From positions 7,378,001-7,442,000 of the forward strand of contig JBHGNT010000015.1 of NCBI GenBank assembly GCA_043228905.1: 64,000 bases of DNA. The letters are read 5' to 3'. The position numbers were made by a program, and so were the translations under genes. This DNA is from Azolla caroliniana (taxonomy: Eukaryota; Plantae; Polypodiophyta). This document shows, piece by piece, positions 11,869 through 25,717 of this stretch. The notes beneath the pieces are model-generated. The model ran no database searches, had not been told where the DNA came from, and worked only from the letters and a program-made list of their open reading frames with translations. Each line of letters opens with the position of its first letter. The first letter of the stretch is position 1.

Positions 11869-14474
11869 CTGTAGGCAATGTGATTCTGCCTACCCTGAGA
11901 GGATCTTCACCTTGTTCAGGATCTACCCTTCCTTGCTTGTTGCTGACGAGGCCATGGGGCTCCTGTCTAAGGGTAGGCCCCGAGGGGGGAGAGAGAGAGA
12001 GAGAGAGAGAGACCCATCCTATGCTTCCATGTTTCTCCTTCTTCTTAACAGACTGCCATGGAACCCCATCATCCTTGCTTGAAGTGTCCTTCCCCTAGGC
12101 TTGAGGTCCTAAGCTTCCCTTCCCAATCATTTGCGGACACACCTTAGCTAGGTGTCCCTTCTGTTTGCAGAGGAAACATTGCCTAGGGAGTCCCTCATAG
12201 ACCACCTTCATTACCGTGAGCCCATGACCTCTTACAATATTGTTTCCAAAACTATGGATTTTTTGTAAGATGCCTAATTTATGGAAATTCGACCTCCAAA
12301 AGTTGCCTCGTCATTGTGCTCAATGGAGATCAAATCATTGATGGGTAGCTTCCATAGGACTTCAAAAAGCTACAAAATTTATTTTCTTGAATGTCAAGTT
12401 CACCTTTGATTTTTGAAGCCATTTTCATAGCATTATCATTCCCAAATTCATCCATTCTTGATTAGAATCCTAGATCAACAAAACAAATATACATTGCAAT
12501 AATTTTGGAGTGACTCTTGAAGAGCGACCATAATGATGAAGTTATGCCATACGAATCCGTGGCTTCTGAAATATCATGTTAGCTCATATTTTCCAATACA
12601 CCCAACTGAATGGTAGTCACTTTGTAATGCCCTTGTCCCATGTGTTGTGCCCCCTTGTTAAACACTAAAGTTTTTCTTAAAGGTCTAGCTCATCTTTCCA
12701 GCCTTTTAATATATATTGATTGCACCTATAGAAACAAGCATATAAATTAGGTTTCCATTTACATGTGATAATTTGTTTTCTACTCCTTGTCTCTATCGCA
12801 AACCATTAAAATATGCATTCATAATGATATAAATGTCTCCTTTCATATCCACTAGTATAAATTTTCAATGTATACAAGCTAAAAAGTATACACAAAAACA
12901 TATACTTGTATGAGGGCAATGCATATGTAAAAAGTGAGGATGAAGTTATATGGTGCACAACTGTAAAATGGCATGTAACCAAATACTTTACTTGATTTCA
13001 TGTAAAGAAAACCATAATACATCTAAAGTTTTAGTTAAGAGTATAGATGGCAAGACAAAGGAATTGGAGTCAATCATGCGCATGCATGAATTGAGACCTA
13101 ATACCAATTAGGATGTTGTTGCCTAGTACATTCATAAGAAATAATCATAGGTAGGTATGTAAAGGTCCACTTATGATTTCGACTTATTCTAGGTAGTACC
13201 TTCAATGGGTATACCTATTTGTTTCCCCCTTCTCGATGATATTGAAATTTCTATGAATACATAATACTCACGTGTATGACAAACTCAAAAAAATTGTCCT
13301 TGCTTATTCACAAAATTTATGAAACCTAATCATATATTATTGACCGACCAACTTTGATACTCCTATAAAATTAATGAGTTGTACATTAATTGATATTTTA
13401 GGAAGGACCGAGTTTTGTTAATTACAATATTGAACTATTGATTGGCCCCTCATTAGAGAGTGGGCATCTCTTAATTTACGTTTTGTAAATAAGCAAGCAT
13501 GTGTTTTGAATCTCTTTGAAAACATAATTTTCAAAGAAAACATAATTCTCATCATTTTTGTTGATCATGTTGGTCGAGCTCTTGCATTACAAAAGCCATG
13601 TTATTTTCAAAAGAATATATTTATTCCTATTTAGTGGTCTCCTAACCACGCGACTATATATTATGTGGACTTACAATATTGAATGTTGTGTATGTAATGC
13701 TATAGAGTTATTCCTTTCTTGTTAAGGCTAGAGAAATATGATTTCCAATACCAGTGATTTACACACGCGAAAGAAAATTGAAAGATGGTATGGATTATTT
13801 CATCAACCAAAACGTAATTTCCATTTCCCCGTCTATTAACATACTTAATGATTATGTTGTTGCTAAAATCATTGAAGAAGCGACACTTTACAATGGCAAT
13901 GTACTTTATGAAGCGTTTTTTGAGTTAAAACACAATTGCTATACCTGAACAACATGATAACTATTTTATTCCCCTTTGAACTTATTCCCATTTAACGTCA
14001 CACCATGATAACTATTTTAATTTTGGATTTGGACGAGGTAATATGATTTGGTGATCTTTTGTAGAAGATGGGACAAAACGTAGGTATTTCTTTGTTTTCC
14101 TCAAAAGCAATAAAAATATATTCATTGATATCAATGTCTAGCTGCATCTAGAAGCTTGCTAGTTGTATTTTGATGCTTGTCGCAAAATAACAGATTTTGT
14201 CATGCAACCGTTTGTTGTTATGTGGATAGTGATTGCCCCCCCTTTTTAGATCTACGGTGTCACACAACGATAGCCAAATATATATATATGAAAGCGAAAT
14301 GTAAATAGTAGAGTATTTATAGATACTTAGAGTGTACATAGCTTGATTTGTATATGCAATTCACCTAACTCATGGGAAGCAGTTTTTACCCATGAAAAAA
14401 AGTTGTATTTGTGTTTCATAGCATTGCCATAAAAATTCAACCCCGCACCATTCCATTTTAGTACACAAAATATG

Positions 14475-14768
14475 TAAGAATCGGCAACAATTCGGTTTCA
14501 GCTTAACCGTCCAAACCAAACCGGTTAAGCCTAAACCAGTTTAGGAACTGGTTAAGCCTAAATCGGTTTAGGAACCAGTTTAGCCAAGCCATTTAAGCCT
14601 TAACTGGCTTGGAAACCAGTTCAGGCCAAATTGGTTTGGTTTGGCTTGAGCCATCCCAAACCAAGCTCAAACCGGTTAAGGAATATCAAGCCTAAACCAA
14701 ATTGCCAAACCGTTTTAAACAGTTTTACCGTTCGGTTTAGGCTTGAGCTGAGCCGTTGCCAAATCCTA
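14475..14768. mobile_element. Non-autonomous hAT element (MITE) with AAACCG/CGGTTT subterminal repeats
   Basis: 8-bp TSD AAAATATG at 14467-14474 and 14769-14776. Imperfect TIR TAAGAATCGGCAAC / GTTGCCAAATCCTA. Confidence 0.85.
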
Positions 14769-17700
14769 AAAATATGTAAGTCGTTTGACAACTCATTTGG
14801 GTGGAGACACTCAGACATGTGAAACAAGAAACATGGATTCAATCATAGCAGTATTTTAAGCCAATCCATTGCATATCATTTACATATGTAAGGATATCGT
14901 TCAAGAACACCTATAGATAAGGCATTTTCTAAATAGGCCTTGAACACATGCTATTTTAAGTATATACATATAGGAAGGCTCCGTATTGTGAAATATATTA
15001 AGAAAAATCAAATGAGATTGGATGTTCGATGTAAAGACGCTTGATTGTCAAGATGGTGTTGCATAATGATCGACACCAATGGCCCAAACCTTTTTTCCTT
15101 TTAGTTTAAGAGTACAAGTACAAGACATACCGCACATCGAAGATGAACAAACAATTAGATGTGGTCTTGTTTTTGGACCTTTTTATTAACTTATTGGTTT
15201 CAAAAGTAACTATGCGAGAATGTATTTTTTCGGGAAGCAGGCCCGTGGTCCTTTTTTGTGGTGGCTAATGAGCACTGAAAAGAATGGAATGAATGTCAAT
15301 ATGGATTATTTCATGCACGTGCACATTTATATGCATGCAATACAATGTATGAACGTACATCCTCCTTATCAGATGTCATGTGGGTGTACACTTGCTCTTA
15401 AAATGTAAAGGAAGGTCATAACTATCATTAAAAGTTGATGACTATATCAAAAACTATGTAAGACGGTATCATAATTGTCGCAATAAAACAAATATACATA
15501 TTCTTGTATGTGATGAAGCACTCATAAAGTTATGTTAGGATTTTAATTAGAAGAAGTTTAGCTTGATAACACTTTGACGTTTTTTTATTATAGTTGAGAA
15601 GTTGGCATTTCCTTATTTTATTTAATGCCACTTACAACATCAAGATTATTAATACCCTTTGCTGATACAAGTTTGTGATGCTTTAGAACAATACGTCAAT
15701 GTTTTAGTTGTTCCCTTGTTGATCACAAATTTCTAGCAAGATTCGTATACAAATGCACATGAAGGTTTGCCTCCATAAAGTAGACGTTAAGGTGTTGTTA
15801 TTTTTGTTTTAAACTTCTCTACTACTTCCAAAATATATCAATTCAACATGTCATGATGGGCTATGGTTATGACCGTGCTCAAGTGGCACTTGCTAACTAC
15901 AACACGTTCCGCCAAGCCAACAAACAAGTTCTTCGAACTTTAACCTCCTTACAGCGCATGCCTTGGTCCTAATTTTCATGTGGTTGTAGATATATGCGCA
16001 TGTCAATGTTAATAGGTTGTTCTAAATGCATATATTTATATGACCTCGACGAATGGGAAGATTAGCTTCCTCTTTTGGAGTTTGATTTATAATAGTGTCA
16101 TGCATATTTATGTAGTGATTTATGTGTTTCTCCATCAGTATGATCTTGAAAATACTCATGATCAGTTTTAGTACATGTATGGCTTGTTGCAAACACTTTA
16201 GTTAAACATACATAATATACAAACTTGACCATGTTGATCAATGATCACATTCATATGTCTCATAAAATGAATCTAGTAGTAGTGTAGTCTTGGTAAACAC
16301 TTTTTTGGGAAAAGAGCATAAGTCAAAGTTAAGTAAAATGGAGGGACACTAAAGGTACTCATTAATCAAGTCATTTGACACACTTCGTACCACATCCAAT
16401 TCATTTTGGGAACCCACATTTTTTTTTACGTGTCCCTAGATAAAGTGCACTTGATGGTTACATTATACATATGACATTTGGAGGCCTTACCATCACGAGT
16501 TCATGAGGTTTTAAAACATCATACATATTAGTGTGAATTATTCAAATGTACTAATAAAGGCATTCGTTATAACTCAATGTCGATTATGATATGATGTATC
16601 TACAAAATGTTTCAATAATTTAAGTGCAAAAGACCCAAAAAACTAGGGATTTTGTTCAACATAGAGCTAAATCGCCTTCTTGCCCAAGCCTCAAACCATT
16701 TTCTATTAGACTTTGACACCTAATATCAGTTGAATGGAATGTGTGACGAGCATGCGAAAGGATCATGTTTTTTATTTTATACTATTGTTGGCAAGTTGTT
16801 TTCATAAAAGAAAACAAATTGACGTCAAAAGAAAAACAAGGCCAAAAATGTAAATAAATAAGAGCAATTTTGAAGAATGTTGAAAGATTATCACTACTCA
16901 ATGTATGCTATAGTTTGTGGATTCAAAAAAACAATAATGAGCTATAAATAAGTAAGCCATATAAAAACCTGATGGAGCTAATGGCACGTTTAAATATTTT
17001 ACTTTCTTGTAATATTTGTGTGCAAGTGAGTATAAAATCGATGAAACAACAAAGAGTAGGGATTAGAGGCGAAGGTGTGGGGGAATTGTTATGTACAAAA
17101 CAAGTGGGAGATTGCGAGGTGTGGATTCCAAAACTAGCAAAGGAAAGTATATGAATATGTAAGGGTGTTATTGTGTGGGGAGGAGTTCACATTATAGTAA
17201 AGTGATGGGATTCATGGTTTATATTCTACATTTATTGAATTTCAGGGTGGTAGGCGTAAACTAAATTCTGCATTCAGCATCCATTGTCAATCTTCACATG
17301 CCCCGAGTAAATTCGACGCCAAGTTTACCCCCCCGCCCCCCCCCCCACACACACACACACACAAACTGAATTTACCATGCCCAAAATTCAATAAAGCATA
17401 TATCTTGATACACAAGAGTCTATGATGATGGGTGAAATAAATGCTTTCGGGAAAAAATAAGCCATGTATTGAAAACTTCTACATCTTGAGCTCTTAAGGT
17501 CTTAGTTCACAACGAGTATATCATAAAAATGGGTAGTACAAACTAATGATATTTTGTCCAAACAAAGCACCATCATCAAGAATCTGGATCCCTAGGACGG
17601 CAAACTTGGGGATTTGTTTTCAATGGATGTGATTATTTACACCTTTAATATTCATCCCATCACTATTACCTGCGTGGCTTAGTTACAAGAGCAAAGGTTA

Positions 17701-18362
17701 CAATATCACTTAGTGCCAAGAGCTATGGAAGGCTATCAAATGCATTCTTTGTGTCTTTATCTCCTTCCTTTTCATTATTCTTTCAAAAGACATTGATTTA
17801 GGCGATGTACGTGAAACAATGAAGTATAGATCTAGCAATCAACATGACCTCATTTTTCACAAACTTTCCCCTCTAAGATGTGAATCCAATAAATCCAACT
17901 AGACATCTATATGTGACTAGATGAGTGTGAATTTCCACCTATTGGTCTCCAAATGCTTAGAACCTTCTAAGGTTTTATTTTAATGCCGAAAATTAATGGC
18001 ATGGAAGAAGAGATTAGAATGCGTTTTGATATATTTTGGTGAGGTTGAATTATGTGTCAACCTTGGATTTTGTTTGAAGACAAGGACATGGGTTCATAAA
18101 TATGGAACCAATCACAAGTTACAAAAGGTGTTTTTAAAGCCCTACTTTAGACATTATTTACCTCCATTAGGGTACCATGAAAAGGAAACGGGTGTGCTTT
18201 AGCGATAAACATTCCATTAATTAAGGGTTCAAACTTTGCGTGTGCATGAGAGTGACCCCTCATGTAATGGCATTGTCAATACTAAGCACACGTGTAGCAA
18301 ATAGTTAATCATAGCTCATGTACATGAGAAGAAATATGATGCATATTAACCTCCTCCTCCTC

Positions 18363-18413
<51 letters not shown>

Positions 18414-20952
18414 CCTAGGGCCTACACGCGTAGGTCCCCATGGACCATAGGTTGACCCCTACACTATCTAGGCCCCTCATGTGCATGATCGTGTCATTTT
18501 AACCAAATTATCTTCATCTATACCCTATGTAAGAAACAAGTTAACAACTTGTAGCATCTATTAAAAACTTTAGATATGTATCCAGCTTTGTTTAATATAT
18601 CAATCTTAGTATCAATGATTTGAATCTATTATTTTGTGTGATTTCTGTATAATGTTTTGGATTCATTGGCTATGTTTTAGATTGCATATACTTGCTAAGA
18701 TTTCATGTAAATATTTGCAGCATCCAAATGCACACTAATTCAAAGGGGTAATTGTGTCGGATTAGACTCACTATGTCCTGAAATTTTAGAAACGGGATAC
18801 TCTCCTACTTATGTTAACATCATGCGATACAAGTACTTTGTCACTTTCTAACTTCATAGAGCATTTCGTAAGTAGCATTTTTATTAATATATATTTTGTT
18901 CCTATGGCATACATATAAACCAGAGAAAAACTCGGAGAGACGAAAAAGGATGGCATAGAAGATTCGTTGTGTATTTCTAAGAGGATACTAAAATTTACAC
19001 TTCATGCATAATACTATAAAAAAAATTATTTTACCAATAATGGTGGAATTTTCTTTATCAATAAATATCAAGTACACCATGTCAAGGAGTCTATTCAGAT
19101 GACAAGCTCATTTATTGGTGAGCATGAGGCTCCCTATGAAGAATGTCACTTTATAAGTTTATTTAGATTAGGCAAAAATAATGGTGCATATTGAAGGTTT
19201 GCTTGCAATCAAAGAAGGGCAATGTATTGATTACAAGCAAAGAATAATCTTATGTATTGTATTCAATTGTTGATGAATCATGAAGTTGATTTTACTCTAC
19301 TCAAAATGCTTAGCCCTCAACGGAAGTTATCTAAGTATTCATGTCCTTTATACTAACATAACAATAGTTTGGACCCTAGGGAATCAAAAATAGCAAAGTG
19401 TTGCATGCTATGGTACAATTAAAGGAATATATACAAGCAAACACAACACATTCACAAAGACCCTTACGCAAGTCATTCATTAGAGTAATGTAAGGGTGGT
19501 CTTAAATTGTTGTGGTTTTACCTACTCCACTAGCCAAAGTGCCCTTCCATATGAAAGAAGAAAGGAAGAAAAAACTTAAATTCTTCATGTATCCCTCTAA
19601 AGTGCACTTTTTTTATAAAGGTGTGAAGTAAGCGAAAGGGAATCACACAAATAAACTACATATACATGTTTTTCTTGACCTTCTTATGAAATTGCACTAT
19701 CATGAATATGATGTTACCATGTTGCAAACCAAACATCATATGTTTGTGCCTCCAAAGCACAACCCTATGCTTGTGCACAAGAAGGTTTCAAATGAATGGA
19801 CCATGTAGGCAAGATAAAAAAAGGTTTGTTGAAAACTAGAAAGGTAGGTAAAAATTCAATAGTTGACTTGAATGTAGAGAAGATAACAACGGTGATTGTA
19901 CTACTTTTTTTGTCAAACATTCAAAACTTTGCGAGATCCTCTTGTCACATTGGGGCATTGAGGAGTCATTAACCCAAACATGTTTGTATATCAACACATT
20001 TTAGACATAACAAACAAACTTATGCCTGGCAAACCTTTTGTTTTGCGAAGGTCTGAAAAAAAGGGCGAAAAGTTCACCTCATGGTTTCACTTATTGTAGG
20101 TTGCGATTAGTGTGCAAAACATATCGATACATCTAGTTGTAGCTTGGTTGTTTGGCATAACCACAAGATTATGTGAGCCTAATTGCCAAAAGGGTAATTA
20201 TCCAAACATGGCGTTTTTATTTAGATCACTCGCACATGCAAACTTCCTTTAGAAGAGTCGAGAAATTATTTGACATGTAAGCTACGCCAAGCATTGTGTG
20301 GAAAATTTCCTTATTTTGCAAAATATGTTACCTTTGCTTAGACAACTTGGAGAGGAAAAAAGCTCAAAAAAGTTGAAATTTGATAAATTTAGTGTTTTGG
20401 ATAGCATCGTCTCATCATGGTATGCATTTTTTGGTTCATGTGTAACACATAACTTGCCCACTACTCCCACATAACGCTTGTTATTACCAAATTATATCAT
20501 GCATAAAGTTGTGAGATTCAAGATTTATTTTAGGCCTTGTGTTCATTTCCACAAAAAAATATACGTGAGTTGTTTTGATATTGTTTAACCTAGCTCATGA
20601 AATACTAGATGGGTTTCTTACATACATGCATTATGAATGACTTCTTCACTTACCCCGAGCTATATAGTGGCATAGACTTTGACAACTTTTGGAGGATTCT
20701 CAGTGGTTGGCGGGAGTGTATGCAAGAAACGATATTCGTCGGTCAAGCTTCATGATACCAACCAACCACTAACTACTCTCATCTATTGGATTGTGTCATT
20801 TGAGAGCGTGAAACAATAATAAGGCATCATTATACAAGAATAAATAATTTTAACTCGGTCTGCGTAATTTGTGTTTGGCCTATATGTACGTTCGTAACGA
20901 GATGCAATACATGTTTCTCCGGATGCCGCATGGTGCCATGCCAAAAGAGTAT

Positions 20953-21179
20953 GAGAGAGAGAGAGAGAGAGAGCGAGTGTGTGTGTGTGTGAATGAATGG
21001 GACCATGTGGGAATGTCCGTCCTCTTAGGCACTAATGGGAAAGAGACATTTCATGTAATGAATGTGTATGTGTATGTGTAAGTGTTTGTGTGTATGTGGA
21101 TGTATGGATGAGGTAGAGGTAGGTAGAGACAGATAGGTGTGAGGGGGCGATGGGTCATTCTCTCTCTTGTAGAAAAGTC

Positions 21180-21218
<39 letters not shown>

Positions 21219-21285
21219 CTGCCTGGCTAGCGTGAATGAATGAATGAATAAATGAAGGGATAGGATAGAGGATGGGAATCATGGG

Positions 21286-21316
<31 letters not shown>

Positions 21317-21649
21317 TGTATGTATGTTATGTTATGTTATGTTATGTTATGTTATGCATATATGATATATGTATGGGTTTGAAGACAGCTCATTCAGTCA
21401 GTCAGTCATGCTGTTTTGCTTGATGCTGCTTTGGATTTGAGAGGGAGAGGGGGAGAGGGAGAGGGAGAGGGAGAGGGAAGCATGTGAAATATAATATATA
21501 TTGTATGCCTTCAAGTGCGAGCTCTTCTTAAGAGTATGTATGTATGTATGTAATAATATGTATGTACATATTGTATGTATGTATTGTAATTTGTATGTAT
21601 GCATATGTATTTGTATGTGAGACGCAGACAGAGACAGAGTGCCTAAAAA

Positions 21650-21730
<81 letters not shown>

Positions 21731-21760
21731 GGGTAGAGAGAGAGAGAGTGTGTGTGTGTG
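20953..21760. repeat. Microsatellite cluster upstream of MAP65: (GA)n, (GT)n, (CT)n, (TATG)n, (TTATG)n, (CA)n
   Basis: Directly visible. Confidence 0.95.
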
Positions 21761-22312
21761 AGTAGGGGAGATGAAGATGATCTCCCCCTTCGTTTCCTGA
21801 TAAGAGAAAAGAAAAAAAAGGGGAAAAGGAGGAACAGAGCAAAGCTTAAAAACACACACCCTTTTTTGCTTGTGTCTTTTCGCCATTACCTCAATGACCT
21901 CCCTCCATAGACAGTAAGTAAGTGTGTTGCCTACTCTCTCTCTCTCTTTCTGCAAAAAACGCCATAGCTAGTAGCTAAACCAGAGAAAAAACACAAAGCA
22001 TTACTTCTGTAAACAGAGAAGAGAAGAGAAGAGAAGAGTCTAACAGAACAGAAAAGAAGGGAAGAGCAAAATAGAGGAGAGGTTGCTATTATGTGCGGCC
22101 ATTCTGAGCATGTGTGTGGTGGTGGTGTTGGTGGGGGGGACGATTTCACTTTGTCATGAAGAAGCAGAAGACATGAGGAGGTCACCGTCCTTCATCATGC
22201 CTGTGTCCTAAAGCCCTCACTCATCCTTTCTTCTTCTTCTTCTTCTTCTAAATTTGTTTATCAAAGAGTACACTCTGTTTCTGTTTTGAACTCTGGACTC
22301 AGTCAAATCATC

Positions 22313-25300
22313 ATGTCCAAGCTCTGCTTAGAGAGATTAGATGGCACCACGTTTGGTTCCTTACTCAGAGAATTGAGGGTATTCTTCTTCTTCTTCTCCA
22401 TTTCTCTCTCGGTATTGCTCTCTTCTACTTCTTTTTATTTATTTATTTATTATATAACCTCTGTTTTATCTTCTGCTTTCCTAGCAAATATGGGAGGAAA
22501 TAGGGGAGAGTGATGGGGAAGTGGACAGGGCCTTGCTACAGTTAGAAGAGGAATGCTTGCAAGTATACAGGAGGAGAGTGGAAGAGGCAAGCCAGAACAG
22601 AGCACTCCTTCACCGGAACATTGCAGAGAAAGAGGCTGAGCTTGCCACTCTCTATGTGGTTCTAGGATGCCGCCCTGTCCCCCCCAAGAAAACCACGGTA
22701 AATTAAATCCACCATATCTCCCCCCACCCCCTCAAAAAAGAAAAAAAAAGAAAGGAATTTTAAGAATGTATTTCTCTATCTGTGTTGCATTTTTTGTCAT
22801 AATTTTTTGCCCCAAATCGTTCCTATCTAAACCATGTTTTGCCATACCTGCCATTCCCTTCGAATTTTGGTAAATTTCAAATCTCAGAACGAGCTGAAAT
22901 CAGCCTCTTTGAAAGCCCAACTTTCTGCCATAGCTCCACAGCTTGAAGAATTTCGATCCAAAAAGCAAGAACGAATCAAACAGTTCACTGAGGTCATATC
23001 ACAGATTGAGAAAATATCCAATGAGATAAAGGGGGTGCATGCTACCTCCGAGCATTGGTCTAGCAATGAAGAGGACTTATCAATTCGGAGATTGGATGAG
23101 CTCCGAGACAGACTTCAAGTATTGCAAAAGGAAAAGGTATGCGCGTAAGGCATACTTGTACTGTACATCAAACTGACTCTGAGTGATTCTTTTCAGATTG
23201 AATCATTTGCACATTGAACTGATGGTGGGTTTTATGCTTTTTTTCCAACAATTTTCTTATCCAGAGCGAACGGCTTCATAAGGTCTTGGGTTGCGTGAGT
23301 ACGCTTCATGGACTGTGCTCTGTTCTTGGCATGGATTTTACCAAGACAATCAATGATGTGCATCCAAGCTTAAATGAGAGTTCTATTCATCAAACGAAGA
23401 GCATCAGCAATGAGACATTAGAGCGGCTTTCGAATACTGTACAAAGTATAACAAATGAGAAAAAACAGCGGACAGAAATGGTATGCGCTTTCCCTCAGAG
23501 GTTTTGAAAAACTGCATAAATTTCTTATTCAGAAAAATCTGAAGATTTCCTTAAAGAGTGTTTAATATGTTTTCTTTTGATTGACCCTCTATCATGTATT
23601 GTAGCTTCAATCCTTGTTGGCATCATTAATGGAGCTCTGGAAGCTTCTAGATACCCCTCTCAGGGAGCAGAAAGGTTTCCATCACACAATTCGTCAGGGA
23701 GCTGAAATCTCTTCTCCGGGTGGACTTAGTTTAGACGCAATTGAAAATGTAAGATAATTTTATTCCGTGTGGCATTTCTTTGGCGAACACTATTAGTCAG
23801 TCAGTCAGTTTAGCTTGTAATTCTTAGGAAAATATCACTAACAAATTCATAAATTTGTTTTGTACTTTTTATAACATTTGGTGAATAATTGAACTATGTC
23901 AATTGTAAAGAAATAATCAGTAGTTTTCTGAAAAGATCTTGAAAAAGAGCCATTTGGCAAACAATCACTCCTATCCTTTTACAGGTAAGGTTGGAAATAC
24001 AGAAGTTGGAGAAGCTAAAAGCAAGCAAAATGAAGGAACTTGTTCTAAAGAAAAGATTGGTACTAGAGGATGTTTGCCGGCAAGCACATATGGAGCCTGA
24101 CCCAAGCACTGCGTCCGACAAAACGAATGCCTTAATAGATTCTGGTAAGTCTATAAAACCCAAAAACGTGTTTCTTTTTCATTACAAAATGTGGTTTATT
24201 TGGCTAATAATTTTGTAGGAATGGTGGAGCCTTCGGAACTCTTGGTAAACATTGAGGAACAGATTTTACGGGCTGAATATGAGGCTGAAAGCCGGAAAGA
24301 GATATTGGATCGAGTTGATAAATGGTTTGCGGCTTGCGAAGAAGAGAGGTGGCTTGAAGATTATAACATGGTGATGATCTGGATTATATTTTCATTGTGT
24401 GTGTGTGTGTGTGTGTATTGATTGTAAATGCTAGATATATGTGTTACTCAGACTGAATTTAAGACATGCCTCGTACAGGATCATAATAGATATAGTGCCA
24501 CCAAAGGTGCTCATCTTAATCTCAAGCGTGCTGAGAAAGCTCGAATCACAGTAACAAAGCTACCGGGTAATGCCTATAATTGGCAGTTTGTTAGTGTTTT
24601 GATGTAAAGAGAAGCAATGCTATTTCCGAAGAGATATACTTTTTCATCCTCATCATCATGTATGCTGTGTACAGCTTTAGTGGATGGATTGATCGCAAGG
24701 ACTCGAGCTTGGGAGGAGGAGAAAGGGATGTGCTTTCTCTTTGATGGGGTAAGTGATATCACCCAAGAAACTTTTAAAGTTAGAACTTCTTCTCATATCA
24801 CTTTTAAGCAATGCAAGAGAGAATGCCAAGTGTATGTATATGTATAATGCAGTTGCGGTTACTCTCAATGCTGGACGATTACATCTTCAACCGGCATGAG
24901 CGAGAGGACGAAAAACGAAAAATGAGGGTATATTATATTATACAACTTAAGCAGCAAAACTCCAAAATAACTCTGATTTGTTTGATATATTCACCGTATT
25001 CCTAAGTTTTCAGTTTTACCAGAAAACCTGAATATAAATAAAAAAAATTGACTATTAAAGGAGGGGGTGGGGGGATATGATTCTTGGAAGCTTCCAAAAA
25101 CTTAAGAGGGGAGGTACTCTGGTAAATATCTAAACGTCAGGAACATTTTTGGTGCTTTGCCCTACTAATGACTGCTTTGGTTTATTTTCGCCCCTAAAAA
25201 CAAATCTGGAATGATGTTATGGCAAGAAAATAATATTCGAAATGTTGGTGTAATCGAAAATAATAATTTGCTGCTCTATGGGTCACCCAGCAAAGCAAGC

Positions 25301-25717
25301 ATATCCTAAATGAATGAAGCTTTGAATTTGAAGCAGGATCAGAAACGCGTTCAAGATCAGCTAATGAATGCAAAGGAGGCATTGTATGGTAGCAGGCCTA
25401 GTCCGACAAAAGGCACTCCAAAGAGAGGTGGGGGGGTGAGGTCAACAACACCAAGTGCCCCGACCACACCACGCAGGTCACCCTCAATGATGACATCGCG
25501 CCCGTCCACCCCCGATTCCACACCACGTAGCAACAATGGCAACAAATATAATAGCCCTTTCAGCCGGACACGAAGCAATGGGGTATCCCCCTCCCTACGC
25601 CCCACGGGTCCTCTTAACTTTGTGGCCATGCAACATAAGGAGGATGCCGTGTCGGTTTTCTCTACTGGAGGTGGTTCAGATTCTAGCTCGCCTCTCGCCT
25701 CCTCAGCTTATGCTTAA
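22313..25717 (+). CDS. MAP65: Microtubule-associated protein MAP65/Ase1/PRC1 family, 605 aa. Exons 22313-22378, 22485-22697, 22888-23136, 23265-23480, 23605-23748, 23985-24144, 24219-24370, 24479-24566, 24675-24748, 24853-24927, 25337-25717
   Basis: All introns GT-AG with consistent phases (1818 nt). Motifs [61 protein letters not shown]-x-K/R CDK-type sites in the basic tail. Confidence 0.95.

Noticed and set aside
11870-12236. Possible solo LTR (TGTAGG...CTTACA)
   Set aside because: Flanks ACACC and ATATT do not form a TSD and there is no second copy in the window.
12240-14450. Traces resembling very old Gypsy pol
   Set aside because: Too decayed to give a defensible motif or boundary.
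17190-17670. Imperfect nested inverted repeats (TTTATTGAATTT / AAATTCAATAAA), MITE-like
   Set aside because: Short AT-rich matches with no TSD.
21398-21955. 185-aa minus-strand ORF and similar CV/HT/YI-repeat ORFs (also 47382-47800, 48490-48784)
   Set aside because: Translations of microsatellites.
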